64,000 nucleotides of DNA, from the NCBI GenBank assembly GCA_951406725.2, contig OX597816.1:157232001-157296000 (forward strand). The letters are read 5' to 3'. This document shows positions 1 to 14,643 of this stretch, piece by piece. The notes beneath the pieces were generated by a model. It did not search any database, was not told the DNA's origin, and worked only from the letters and a program-made list of their open reading frames with translations. Within the stretch, counting starts at the first letter, position 1. Each line of letters begins with the position of its first letter. This stretch comes from Octopus vulgaris (lineage: Eukaryota). The position numbers and the translations under genes are program-made.

Positions 1-192
1 ATAATTATTTACTTGCACGTTAATATATTTCTGTTGATCTGCTTAAAGGCAAACGAACCAAGTAAGTTTATTAATTTTTTTTTATATTTTACTCGGTACA
101 GAAAGGCCGAAAGGTCATAAAGCTCGAGTGGTCAACTGATATGTGTTTCTGCGCATATTTCAGCATACGTGTTCAAACATGCATTTAGAAAT

Positions 193-315
193 ATGTGTGT
201 GTGTGTGTGGATCTGTATATATATTTATATTTATATTCATACTTATATTTATATTTATATGCATGTCCTTACACACACCATGTTTGCACGTGTATATATG
301 AATACATGCACCTCC

Positions 316-381
<66 letters not shown>

Positions 382-802
382 TATGTATATATGTACGTGT
401 ATGTGTGTATGTACCAATGTGTTTGACATTAGATCGCTGGACCAGAAAATATCTTACTAAATAATAAACAAAAATGATTGAAAAAATGCGAAGGAACGTT
501 TTTAAATCTTCGAGAAATATTCTAACACAATGGCTTTTTCTTTCTCTGATCTCATCCAAAAATCAATGATGCAAAATTTGAAACTGTATACTTTGATGTC
601 TTTAAGTAGAAGAAGCTGATGTCTAGATAATTTGAGGAGTCGATCAAATCGAATATCAAAAGCTAGACGGTAAGTTAAAGTAGAAACTGAGTTTATCATA
701 GTTATTTACAACCATTGATTTATTGAAGATTTTGGCGTTTGATATTAATCTTCAACGACATACATATACACAGACACAGACACACACATACACACATACA
801 TG

Positions 803-893
<91 letters not shown>

Positions 894-968
894 ATACATA
901 TGTTTCAAAGAAGATTCATATCAAAAGTGTCTCAATTATATGCGTGTGTATGCGTGTGTGTATATACA

Positions 969-1051
<83 letters not shown>

Positions 1052-1163
1052 TACAAATAAACATATCGATAGATAGATAGATAGATGAACAGACAGACAT
1101 ATATATATATATATATATATATATGCATGTATATGTATATATATATATACACACATATAATTA

Positions 1164-1243
<80 letters not shown>

Positions 1244-1305
1244 TAATTATATGTGCATGTGTGTGTGTTAGTATCTGGTTGTGTATTTGTGAGCGTGTGT
1301 GTATT

Positions 1306-1362
<57 letters not shown>

Positions 1363-1365
1363 CTA
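193..1365. repeat. Cluster of (TA)n, (TG/CA)n and (GATA)n microsatellites
   Basis: Directly visible simple repeats; they generate the YIYI/CVCV ORFs in the track. Confidence 0.95.
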
Positions 1366-2255
1366 TATGAAAATAGTACCTAATCAACATTTAATACGCA
1401 CGTACATACACAAATATAATTGTTGCTTGGTTTCCTTTCGTTTTCTTGGTTTGTTAGTAATAAAATTCGCAGATAGGTATTATCTTTGTTACGTATTCAT
1501 ATACGCCTCTCAACCATTTTGCATTAGCTTTTCGTTAAGAATATTTCTATACAGGAACGTCCACATTCCTTGTTTCCTATATAGATTTCAAGGTATGTGA
1601 GTACGGAAGCGGATTATTGGAAACCGCTAGCAGAAGCTGTTGAATATGATGTTTATGTTGACGTATAATGTAATATATACGTATTTTTGTAGTATTTTAA
1701 CTATATACACATGAAAGTGATAACATCTATTTATATCCCTAATAAATAATTTATAAATAAATATTAATGATTAACTAATATATTTAATTTTCAATCTTCG
1801 AGTAAGAAGAATTGAAATATTTATCTTGATATTAAAAGTGTTATCTGACGGAATCTCCTTGGCAGCGAAAGTGAATTGCATCTATCGTAAGTATTTCAGA
1901 TTCTAACAAGTGTGGCGATCAGCTTAGCATCACAAGAAATGTGCAGGTGTACGAATTAATGCAGAGAAACTGAGAACCAATTAGGCACTGTGTCTTCGTA
2001 CTCCATCACAAAAGCTACTCTGGTCCTTAACAAATAAACTATGACACTCACAATTTCAGCTTAGCGATACTTCTCTAGTCGAAAGTCATTTCTTGTAAAG
2101 CATACCATTATCAAACATTTTCCAGATAGAACATTTCCACCAGATGAGGGATATGCTGGAATATATTATTTAGTGCTTTCGTCCTGCTTCTAAAAAATAA
2201 CATCTTGCGATTGAAAGAGGTTTAGGTTAACTATCGCTCATTCGTTATATTGTCT

Positions 2256-2540
2256 GTTTGTTGTTTGTTCCTTCATGAGACACGCCTGGCTCATAAGGGC
2301 CGGTTTTCCGGTTTTCTTAGCGTATAGGTTCCTCACCTGGACGAGACGCCGGTCCGTCGCAGGTGAGCACCAAGATGCAGGAGGAAAGAGTCAGCAGAAG
2401 TTCGCCATTACCTTCTCCTGGAGCCGCGTGGAGTTTAGGTGTTTCACTCATAAACACACACATCGTCCGGTCTGAGATTCGAAACCGCGATCTCTCGACC
2501 GCGAGTCCGCTGCTCTAAACACTAGGCCATGTGCCTCCAC
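2256..2540 (-). mobile_element. tRNA-derived SINE (family C, tail type 1) with 12-bp TSD
   Basis: Minus-strand head GGAGGCACATGGCCTAGTGTTTAG (A box-like) ... GTTTCGAATC (B box-like); AAC-rich tail; direct repeat GTTATATTGTCT at 2244-2255 and 2541-2552. Confidence 0.85.
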
Positions 2541-2699
2541 GTTATATTGTCTAATGTCTAGTATATAGTAATGATACGTCAAAAAGTGTCTGTTAGTGTT
2601 CAAATCACATGATGTTTATGTTAGGACGTGTGCGCTATAATAGTGTTTTCTTAATATGTACAGCGTTTGTGTCTTTTGGTTTTTGCAGGAGACAAGATT

Positions 2700-3780
2700 A
2701 GAGTGACCCTATTGAAGGATGTTTCTGAGGTCGATGCTCATATATACAGTACATATTGAAAAATGCGGTGTCTAGGTTACGTGCGGATGACTCTTCGCTG
2801 TGAAATGCTAGAGAAGAATAAAGGGAAACCCAGTATAATAGTATGTGCGTTGTTCTAGGTGACGGCAAGTAATTACGTAATATAGTGTAGGACCAGGAAC
2901 GAAACCCGTTGCACACCAAAGTTTATAGAGTATGATAAGAGAGAGCTCCAACAGATCCATGTAAGTATGAGGTGACAGAAATATCCCAATGAAAAGGGCA
3001 ATACAAGGTTTGAGCTCACAAGTGGACATTTTCGATAGATTTCATACACGATTGAAAACATTGCTGTTCCTAAGGGCTCAACAGTGCTTTCAGTTAATTT
3101 CTTGAAAACTAGAGCCCACATTTGAGTAAAATAGGAAAGTAAGTATCCAAGAGATTTGTAGAGGCCGTGCTTGTTCTCATTAAGGGGGAATATTTAAGCT
3201 TTGAGAATGTTATTCTTAATAGCTGCTCTTATTACGTTTGATGTATAGGAAATGAGTATGCTTGGGCAGGAGATTTGTGTAATTCTAAGAATAGGTACAC
3301 ATCACGAGATAACGAAACTTTTAGAAAGAAAAAGAGTCGTTGCGTTTGATGAGGATAGGCGCTAGCTTTTGGTAGCAATGAGTGAATGTAATGGAAAAGC
3401 GATTATCAAAGCTAGTGGTATTGTTCACTAAAAGCCATTGACGATATTTTTGCTTTTGGCGTGTTGTTGAACCAGTGGAATGGAAATGGATATTTTTAAG
3501 GAGAGATTTACATAATGTGTGGATTGTTGATTTGGATGCAAAACAGGCAAAATCAGTGGAGATTTTCTCTGCTGCAGAATTGATTACAAAGAAAACATAT
3601 TTACGTTGAATCGGTAAAGTGGTATTTAAGGCTTAGAGTGGGAAACATCTATATCCATAACGTTTAAACTCTCTCCCAATATTGAGTAAAATAGCGTGAC
3701 TAAAGGGCTGCTACTGCAATAGAAGCATAATAACAACTGGAGACATGATCCAAATTCTTGTAACATATATGTCTGCGACA
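2700..3780 (-). mobile_element. Highly degraded CR1/L2-type LINE RT remnant
   Basis: Frameshifted minus-strand traces resembling the RT motifs VPI.K and GV.QGS.LGP.L near 2885-3300; boundaries uncertain. Confidence 0.35.
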
Positions 3781-4409
3781 ACTTCACCCCAAGAAATTTT
3801 CTAATACTCGTGTAATCGATCGATAGATGACAGGTTCAATTCAAGAGAAGGTACAGTCCAAAATGTCAGGTCGATTCAAGGCTTTGGTAAAAGGCATTCA
3901 CTGAAATGCCACGCAATGTGGTCTTGAGCGGAATTATAGGATTATGATGGAAATTACTTAAACATACAGACATGCTTGTGCCCACTGTGGAAAGCTTCGA
4001 AATATAGTTCTTAGAAAACATTGCCACAGAGACCTAAACGAAACAGCCCAGCGAGCTGGATATTGTAGCCGTTCTTCAAAAGTAACGAGTATTGTAAAGT
4101 AAGGTGACACATCCATTTGATACTAAAATCATGGCAATAGTAAAAGAAAAAATGTAAAGTGTTATACGAATATGAATGAGGAAATTCTAAAATGCCGAAT
4201 GTAAGAACTTTACAACGTCTCGTAATCTTGCAATTATCATTGGGACTTTGCTATAACTTGAGACGAAGAATTTGTAAGTAAATGCATAAAAGTTAGAAAG
4301 ACGCTCGAACGTCACTACCAGTTCAGTGATGATCGTAATATAATGAAGTTTAGATGTTTCTTATATTAATTAATACACCGCGCTGTACTTGTTATTAATA
4401 ATATTTTTA

Positions 4410-4625
4410 CGGCGGCGAGTAAGCAGAATCGTTACTGCGTCGGGCAAATTTCCTATCGGAATTTCTTCCGACATTATGTTCTGAGTTCATATGCCACCAA
4501 GGTCGACTTTGCATTTCATGTTTAGGAACTCGATAAAATAATTACCAGTTGAGAACTGGGATCGATATAATCGATTTACCCCAATTCCCAGAAACTGCTA
4601 GCCTTGTGCAAAAATTTCATACTAA
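4410..4625 (+). mobile_element. SINE family A (Deu/Nin-like core), diverged copy
   Basis: Matches other in-window copies: GGCGGCGAG..GCAGAATCGTTA...GTTCTGAGTTC...GGTCGACTTTGC.TTTCAT...GATAAA...TACCAGTT. Confidence 0.75.
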
Positions 4626-6277
4626 TATCTGTCTTAGTAATAAATCGAATCTTTGCTGAGATATTAATTACTCTTTAACTAATTACTTTCCTTATCCATA
4701 ATTCCGGGATCAAATTCTTCAAGCCACGAACAGCCATCATTTTAGTGGGTGTCTAAGATTACAATGTTACCTTTATTTTTTAAGTCTATAGGGTGTAATT
4801 TGAGGGAAAACTGATTACTACATTTAGCGGATTAAGCGACTTTGACGAGTTTCCCTGTTTGAAATTTATTTATTTAATTTTGTTTAGTCTTTTTTTTACT
4901 TTTGATTTTCATTGCAATTGATTACACGACGATATCGCTGATTTCTTACGTTCAACAAGGCAATCACTAACTCATTCCATTTCGATAACAAGCGAGTGCC
5001 TATAACCAGATTCCTACCACGTACCACAAATGGCTTCGTTGAAAAGAATCCACATTTCTAGTTTTACATCGATTTTTACACCATTTAACACCGAACATTG
5101 GCTCAAGACATACAAACATACGTCCACCAAACTCCAAACATAAAATATTCGTCAACCTCCTCATCTAAGATTTCAAACAGACAGATCTAATTCGGAACTG
5201 CATGGTTGAAGAACGAGCATGTTAACCACGTAATAATGTCTGCCCATCAGATTTCGAACCTATTTCAAGTGCAACCTGAGTTACATAAATCGACTCAGTT
5301 GTGACTGACCTTGTTTTATTGTAAATTAGTTTTTATCCCTATTTTGAGTCCTTGCTACTTTTCTACCGTGGATTAGGTAAACTGAAATTTCCATGTTTGC
5401 ATTCTCCTCTTTCACCCTTCCATGCTTTTTATTTTTTTTATTGTGATTGTGTGTAATCAATTGTCAAGTATAACACAGCCATTCACACATGATTCGTTTT
5501 GCTGGCTGAACGTCCTTTATATTTATTTATTAATTAATTTTATTTAATTTTTTTTGTTGTCACCAACGGACATACCTCGATCCTAGATAATACAGTACAC
5601 GAACAAAAATTTTTAGATTCTTAAGTTGAATTATATTTAATTTTTTCACACGCGTTAAATACAGTTTTATAATAAAATATTAAACAAAATCTCCCTGCGG
5701 AAACGAAAATTATTCAAATATTCAAAAAATAATATTAAAAAAATAGCCATGCAAAAAATGTTCATACAATTCGAGACAAGTACACTTTTTATTTATTTTT
5801 AGATCAATAATTTTTATACATTTTTACACTTTTTATATTTTTCGGTTTCAGTATTTTCATTCTGAACAAAATATCACTGGAAGTACCCACATAATTCTAA
5901 TTGTTTTCTTCTATATTTCTTTTGTGTCTATTTTCGTTGTTCTGTTTATTTATTTTTGGTGAGTTAAGGGTGTTATTTTGGAATAATATATTACGTAGAA
6001 TCAAATGAATAACAATTTTTATCCCATGCCATTCAATTTAAAAATAGTACTTTGTGTGGTTTCTTCTGTCCTAAGGCCAGTACATGAGAAAATTAAACGA
6101 CTAGTTGGTGTTGGGGCAGACGGAAACAAATATAAAATATCGGAAATAGAAATATATAAACAAGGACGGACAGCTTAAAATAAACAACAAAATTGGATAT
6201 AACAGCTAGTTTCGAAGAAGAAAGAGCATGAGATTGACGGACAGAAAAGATAAACAGCATTATGAGTAAAAAGAATA

Positions 6278-6329
6278 CACACACAAACACACACACACAC
6301 ATATATATATTTATATATATATTATATAT

Positions 6330-6378
<49 letters not shown>

Positions 6379-6387
6379 GTATATATG

Positions 6388-6419
<32 letters not shown>

Positions 6420-7183
6420 TGTATGTATGTATGTATGTATGTATGTATGTATGTATGTGTGTATTAGGGGAAGCGAAAAAACTTTTATGAAAATGAAAAG
6501 AATGAAGTAAAAAGTAAAAGAAAGAAAATTGATAAATGAAACAGAAAAAGAAAAGAAGGAAGGAAAGCCGGAAGGATGGAAGGGAGAAAGGAAGGAAGGA
6601 AGGAAGAAATAAAGGGAGGAAGGAGGGAAGAGAAGCAGGACGGGAGAAAATGTAAGGAAGTGAGGATATTCAGAGAGGTTGTTATGATTGAAATAGAGCC
6701 TGATAAACGTACACACACACACACTCATACAGATATAAATATACATACATACACATATGTATGTGTGTGTTTGTTCATGTGCGTGCGTGCGTGTGTGTGT
6801 GTGTGTATGTGTGTGTGTGTATGTGTGTGTATGTGTGTGTGTGTGTGTGTGCGTGCGTGTCAGAACGAAGAAACCAGCAAAAGGAAGAAATTAAAAGGAA
6901 TGAATGAAAAATCAGAAAGAGACAAAATGAGAGAATGTGTATTGAAAAGTGGTAAATAAATGAGAGCCCGTGAGAGAATGTAGATTAATATAAAAGTGTT
7001 TGCACGAGTGTATGTGTACAAGTTTGTGTATTTTTATGTCCTTGTGTCAGGATACAGGATAAGAGTTTGAGACAGGAAACAAAGAAAAAGAAAAGAATGA
7101 AAGGGGTGTATTTAATGGAATATAGATAGATAGATAGATATATAGATACATAGATAGATAGATAGATAGATAGAGAGAGATAG

Positions 7184-7244
<61 letters not shown>

Positions 7245-7287
7245 GCTACGAGCACGCACAAATACACATATATACGCACATTTATAT

Positions 7288-7320
<33 letters not shown>

Positions 7321-7351
7321 CACATGCACATAAAGAGGAAGAAAAAGGAGT

Positions 7352-7382
<31 letters not shown>

Positions 7383-7501
7383 ATGTGTGTGTACATATAG
7401 TTAAAAACGTTTATATGCTCTTAGTGTATGTGTGTGTGTGTGTGTGTTTGTGTGTGCGTGTGTGTGTCTGTGTCTGTGTGTGTGTGCGCGTGTGTGTGTG
7501 T
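6278..7501. repeat. Microsatellite/low-complexity block: (TA)n, (TATG)n, GA-rich, (TG)n, (GATA)n
   Basis: Directly visible. Confidence 0.95.
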
Positions 7502-8387
7502 AATGTTTTGTTTACCGATCCTCCAAGCATTGATTCCGGAACAATAGACAGCTTTAACCAACTTAAATAGTTCGACATTAGAATGACCATTTCGAAGTCT
7601 TATTAACGGATATTAATCTACTCTGAATAGCAGCCGAAAGCTGTGTAATATTCAAGATTGCAGTGGGACTTAGCCAAAAGCGGGTTTTCGGAGATTGGTG
7701 GCGAGAGACGTTTGGAGGGAATAGCGTTTCTTGTATTAACAAGAGTTAATATAAAGAGTTTAACAGTGCTGTAAATATTTCTAAGACGCAATACTGCAAC
7801 TAATTTATATTGAAGAAAAGTTATCTTGTCTTTCTATCTTTCCTTTCTGAATCTGCATACACAGACACGAACTTCGGTAATGCACCGCTAATTTATTTCT
7901 CGAATCCATACATATGTATGTGTGTGTATGTATGTATGTATATAGGCATTTCTTACATTCGTTTTACTTTAGACTTTAGTAATAAGGAGTTTATACGTTA
8001 AGTTTCTCTAAATAGAGAAAGAGGTTATGAGTCGCAGATGCCACTCCTGCACATCCCGCTTTTTTCTGTCTGCAGTGATACATCACATAAATGTTGGGTG
8101 TTCAAATTTAAAAGCCCCATAGAATGCTAGGTGTATAACTATATGTCTATATTTTAAAACTACAGAATATATGAATGAATAAGAAGAGAAAAAAAAAGCA
8201 CAGCAAGCGGAGATGGGTTTTCATAAAGATGTTATTAGTTTCACGCCGCCTGAAAAGGAAAATGAAAGAGGAAAAGTGTTTTTGGCGTTTCAGATATAGT
8301 GTGCTTCAGCAGGAAATTCAAGAAAGAAGAAAGAAGGGTGGTATAAGGGATGAGAAAGAAAAGAAACAGTTAAGGGCGGGATATAGT

Positions 8388-8664
<277 letters not shown>

Positions 8665-9274
8665 TGACATGTAGCAACATAAACTACAAAATAATTAGTA
8701 AACACAGCACACTTGCCGCACATCATGTGATATCACTCCTGCAAGTAGCAAAACGTATATTACAGTTTCAGTCTGTTCGGTGGAAGGTGGAAGGAAATCA
8801 GTGATATAATAAATAGTAAAACCAAATGTAAAATCCGAAATTTCAAAAGACTTACAACTCACCAATCTAATAATATTTCTCCTTATAGATTATTCGTTTA
8901 AAACACCAAGGTCCTATTTATGTAGAATACCTCAAAATGCTTTACAACTACTCATGCACACTTTCCCCACACTCTACACTCTGAATAATTGTTAGATTTA
9001 TTTCATCATTAAAATTTAACAATAACTCACACATAGCAGATCAACATAAAATCATATACGACTTAAGCACTCTTTAGAATATCCTAAAAGTTGGTGGTCT
9101 TTGATATCATCACGACTTATATTTTCCTTTTCAATTCACAATAGCTTTTTCTCAATCCCAACATTACTTACAAACCTCACAGAAATAACTAATTTCATAG
9201 CTAAACGCTGTTATGCAGAATCATTTACCATTAACATTAGAAATCCTTTTGACCACATTCTCAACTTATACACA

Positions 9275-9730
9275 TAAGAGGTCTGATCAATAAGTATCCG
9301 GACTGTTGCCATAGTAACGAATCTAAAGCACGCAGAGTGAAGCCGCTGAGGAAATATTGACCTTAAACACTGATGTGCATGTGAAGTTTTAACGTTCCGC
9401 TGCTTACAACATTGCTTGGAAGGAAGGTGTGTAGCGTGTGATCGTCGCATTGACCATGACAGAGAAAGTTGTCATGGTGATACCTGCTCAGTGGCCGACG
9501 CACAGTTATAGAAAGTGTATGGAGAGGAGTGTATGAGTTACACACAAGTGTACGAGTGGTTCAAATGTTTCCAAAATCGCCGAAAAAATGTCGATATTGA
9601 CAAACATTCTGGGAGAGCCGCAACCAGCAGAACTGAGAAAAGCATCGCAGTTGTGCGTGCAGCTGTGAGGGGAAATCGTCGAATCACCATCTGTGAGTTA
9701 TCAGAGGTTATGCAGATTAGTTACGGTTCA
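9275..9730 (+). mobile_element. Mariner-type DNA transposon 5' fragment (TIR plus transposase HTH region), truncated
   Basis: TIR-like GAGGTCTGATCAATAAGTATCCGGACT; peptide VYGEECMSYTQVYEWFKCFQNRRKNVDIDKHSGRAATS...NRRITICEL typical of the mariner transposase N-terminus. Confidence 0.85.
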
Positions 9731-10144
9731 GACCCTTTTTTAACAACGAAAAAACAGAGTACAAGACAAACAACACAAGGAAAATTCCCCTTCATCAACT
9801 GTCCCTAGTACGACTCCATGCGTGTTTCGAAGGTGAGGACAGAACACGACTCGTCGAACTAGCCCTTCCTGCGAAAGAATTAAATAAAATTCCTTTGCAG
9901 AGGGGTAAAAACAAGGAAAGAAAAAATGTGACAAAAACAGGACGTAAAAACGATACAAATAAAATTACAAAATAAAATACAAAATAAAAATACAATTACA
10001 AAAAAATACAGTACAAGAAATAAAAACAAACAAGAAAACAAACAATGAGTGCCTTTTTTGGCCTAGACGAGGAAAGATTTTTAAGAGCGCAGGAAGAAAG
10101 CGTGTTCACTGTTAGGAGGCCGCAAGCGAAAGGAAGTAGTCGCC

Positions 10145-10303
10145 CGGCTGTGAGAGAGATGAGGAGGAGTGAGAGAGAGAGAGAGAGAGGAAGACAAGCG
10201 GCTATGAGAGAGATGAGGAGGAGTGAGAGAGAGAGATAGCGGAAGACAAGCGGCTATGAGAGAGATGAAGAGGAGTGAGAGAGAGAGAGATAGAGGAAGA
10301 CAA
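10145..10303. repeat. Three tandem ~50-bp units within an unclassified insertion (about 9731-10440) that truncates the mariner
   Basis: Unit CGGCT(A/G)TGAGAGAGATGA(G/A)GAGGAGT(GA)n...GGAAGACAAG repeated three times. Confidence 0.8.
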
Positions 10304-10692
10304 GGAAGGAAGGGAAGGTCAAGCAAAGGGTTATAGAGTTTCGCGTCATAATTATATATAAAAACTTACTTGGAGGAAACGAAACGACGCGAGGGCGCTC
10401 AGTAATACAATAGTGTAATGAATAAAATATATGCATACATACATACATATATGTACGTACCTACATCTACATGTATATATACATGCTTCGTGCTGCACGA
10501 AGTTTTGTCAGTGAACAGGTCGCGGTCTCAAAGCCACGAAAATATTTTGACAAATTAAATTCAAATGCTGAAGTGAATCTAACGGTTTTTGTGTGTTTCT
10601 TAAATATCTTATAAACACCTTCCACGCCGCAATTGTTTTCATTCCAGCGCACGATCTCAGATCACGTTACTTGCTATGCAAATACATCTCCG

Positions 10693-10736
<44 letters not shown>

Positions 10737-10819
10737 AACGTAGAAAAAAGAATGAAAAATCTAATAATAATTTAACATTATTTGAAAAGGTAGTGGGTAG
10801 CGAACTTCTTCACTACTTC

Positions 10820-13800
10820 AGGGAGTGACGACCCTGCCTGACACGAGTTCCGGGCTCAGCTGGCTCCGGCTGACAGTATCCGGTATGGGCCCCTATCCAG
10901 GGTTACGGAAAGGAGACAACCTTCAAAGAAATCCGGAGTGGAGCCCCAAAGGCGGTTTAGTGTTCGACTCGACACTCTTCCGGCAGCTCCTGCAACCAAG
11001 CTGGTGCCAAACGTAATGCACTGCTCTCCTTTGGATTACATCAGCAAGGTCGAGAGAGGAAACCTGACGATTGGGCTACCCAGGACTTTCTTATCTCTAG
11101 CCCAGGCCTGCGCAAAACTGGAGAGGACACTTCAGTGCTGCTGTAAAAAGCTGCAGAAACCACACTGGAGGTAACAGTCACGAGTGATAAGTCCATTCAG
11201 ACTGGCGTAAAATATGGGCGCTACGAGTTACCTCTGATGGTGGGAGGGACCTCCGTGTCCTATTGGTTAGCTACTGCCCAACTCAAGCTGGACAGCCCCC
11301 AGTTAATAAGGTGCTGATCCGCCACAGGCCGCCTGCTTCATTGGGTGCTTGGAGCTACGAGTATGACTTGAAAAGCGGCCTGCAACCTCTGCACCAGGCA
11401 AATAACTAAAGGTCAAGAAACCACCAGTCCTGCGGTTGGCAAGCTGGAATGTCAGGACCATGTGCCCTGGAATATCTGATGATCTACTCAGGGTTGAAGA
11501 CACAAGGAAAACGGCCATCATTGACCGTGAACTAAAGAGGCTCAACATAGACATTACTGGGCTACAGGAGACAAGACTTCCCTCAAACGGCAAACTCAAA
11601 GAGCAGGATTTCACCTTCTTTTGGCAAGGAAGTGATCCAGAAGAACCTCGTCAACATGGCGTTGGCTTTGCAGTGAGAAACACATTACTCTCCTCAATAG
11701 AACCACCATCAGGAGGCACTGAACGTATCCTCTCACTGCGCCTCTCGACTTCATCTGGCTCAGTACATCTACTCAGCATCTATGTTCCCACTCTCTACAG
11801 CTCAGAGGAGACCAAGGACCAGTTCTACAAAGATCTCAACTGTGTCATAGAAAATATACCAACGACTGAAAATATCTACCTTCTAGGGGATTTTAACGCT
11901 CGCGTGGGATCTGACCATGATTCGTGGCCCATTTGTGTTGGATACTTTGGTATTGGCAACATGAATGACAATGGTCAGAGACTACTCGAATTCTGCACAT
12001 ACCATAACCTGTGCATCACAAACACATTCTTTACCAACAAGCCATCCCACAAGGCATCTTGGAGACATCCAAGATCTCACCACTGGCATCAGCTGGATCA
12101 CATCATTACACGGAGATCGTTTCTGAATTCTACTCTATTGACCCGCAGTTACCACAGCGCGGATTGTGACACAGACCACTCACTAATTAGAAGTAGGGTA
12201 ACGATTCTGCCTAAAAAAGTCCATCGCTCCAAGAAAGTGGGCCGACCACGCATTAACACTGCCAGAACCTCGGACCCTACACTGCTAAAATGTTTTGCTG
12301 CTTCTATCAAGGTTGCCCTCAGTAGCTGCCCAACCTCCCCTGCTGAAAGTAGGTGGAACTATATTAGGGAAGCTTTGTATACGACATCAATAGATACTTT
12401 CAGCATGAGAGAAAGGCAAAACCCAGATTGGTTCAATGCTGGGCTCTCAGAGCTGGAGCCAGTTATCGAAGCAAAGCGTGCAGCTCTGATGCAATACAAG
12501 AGTGACTCTTCTACAAAGTCACTCGAAGAACTCAGAAAGGCACGAAATAAAACCCAACTGACAGCCAGACACTGTGTAAACAGGTATTGGCAGGAAATAT
12601 GTCAGAGTATCCAGTCAGCTGCTGACAGGGGCGACACCCGTGGGATGTATGCCGGTTTGAAGAAGGCCCTCGGTCCATCCGCAACCAAGTCAGCCCCTCT
12701 GAAATCAACTACTGGAGATCTCATCAGGGATCAAAGCAAGCAAATGGATAGATGGGTGGAGCACTACTAGGATCTCTACTCACGGGAGACTACAGTGGCT
12801 GAGGCTGCAGTCGAGAGTCTCAAGATCTCGCCAGTCATGTGCGACCTTGACAGTCCGCCATCTATAGCAGAGCTCACCAAGGCTGTTGACTCTCTAACAA
12901 GAAACAAGGCTCCGGGAAAAGACGGCATCCCCTCAGAGATCATCAAAGCCGGCAAAAACACCATCCTGCTTCGGCACCTTCATGAGCTTCTGTGTCAGTG
13001 CTGGGAAGAGGGTACAGTCCCTCAGGATATGCGGGATGCTAACATCATAACGCTTTACAAAAACAAAGATGACTGTGGTGATTGTAACAATTACCGTGGA
13101 ATATCTCTTCTAAGCACTGTTGGAAAGACCTTTGCCCGCGTTATCCTGGCCAGGCTACAACTACTTGCTTCTCGAATCTATCCGGAATCGCAGTGCGGAT
13201 TTAGAAGAAGCAGATCTACTATCGATATGATATTCTACATACGCCAACTTCAGGAGAAGTCCAGAGAGCAGAAAATGCCATTATATATGGCCTTCATTGA
13301 TCTAACAAAGGCCTTTGACTCAGTAAGCAGAACAGGCCTCTTCACCATGCTCCAAAAAATCGGATGTCCACCAAAGCTGCTGAGGATCATCAAGTCTTTC
13401 CATGATGACATGCAAGGCACCATACAGCACAACGGTTCAACATCAGCTGCCTTCCAAATAAAAAACGGGGTAAAGCAAGGCTGTGTCCTCGCTCCTACAT
13501 TGTTTGGCATCTTCTTCTCGCTCTTACTCTCGCATGCCTTTCAGACATCAGATGATGGAGTGACGGGAAACTGTTCAATCTCTCGCGCCTGCGTGCCAAG
13601 ACCAAAATCAGAAACGTCCTGATCAAGGAGATGCTATTTGCTGATGATGCCGCTCTGGTATCACACACAGAAGAAGCCCTCCAAAGGCTCATTAACTGTT
13701 TTGAGCAAGCATGTAACGACTTTGGCTTAGCTATCAGCCTTAAAAAGACCAACATCATGGGTCAGGCTACATCGGACATCCCAAACATACATATTGGAGA

Positions 13801-14643
13801 CCACAGATTACAAGAGGTGGAGAAGTTTACCTATCTTGGCTCTACCGTCACCTACAACCTATCCCTTGACGCTGAGCTCAATATACGCATTGGCAAGGCA
13901 GCTGCTGCGATGGCCCAACTCTCCAAACGGGCTTGGGACAACAATAAGCTGACCAAGACCACGAAAATGAAGATCTACCAGGCATGTGTACTTAGCACTC
14001 TACTGTATGGAAGTGAGACTTGGACGCTATACACACGCCAAGAGCGTCGCCTAAACATCTTTCACCTGCGCTGCCTCCGGAAAATCCTCCGCATCAAATG
14101 GCAGAATCATATCCCCAACAAAGATGTCCTCAGGCAAGCAGGAATACCAAGCATATTTGCACTCCTCACACAAAGACGTATGAGATGGCTTGGGCATGTT
14201 AGCCGTATGAAAGATGGCAGAATCCCCAAGGACATACTCTACGGAGAGCTTGCTAGGGGTACTAGGTCTGTGGGTAGACCGTTCTTACGTTACAAGGATG
14301 TTTGCAAAAGGGACATGAAGGCCTGCAACATCAATATTAGCGGTTGGGAGGCAGTTGCCGGCAATCGTGGAGGCTGGCGACGTATCGTAAAAGAGGGAAT
14401 ACAAAGGAGTGACAGAGAGAGAGAGGAGAAATGGAACGACAAGTAAAGACGTCAACAAGAAACTACGGCATTACAACAAGCCAGGAACAGTCTTCGCTAT
14501 ATTTGCGGTACCTGCCAGAGGGAGTGTTTGTCCAGGATAGGACTACACAGCCACAGCAGGAAATGTATCAGGACATGAAATGTAAAAGGCGGACTAGACT
14601 ACTTTATGCGCAACTCCATTGTCTCCCGAGACAAAAAGGATGC

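Noticed and set aside
160-1600. Numerous ORFs rich in YI/CV/HT dipeptides here and throughout the window
   Set aside because: Translations of (TA)n, (TG)n and (CA)n microsatellites, which lack stop codons in these frames.
2470-2540. tRNA-like sequence
   Set aside because: It is the head of a SINE with TSDs; no complete cloverleaf.
10820-11435. HDV-like or twister ribozyme in the RTE 5' UTR
   Set aside because: I could not assemble the required nested pseudoknot by eye; it needs an Infernal or RNArobo scan.
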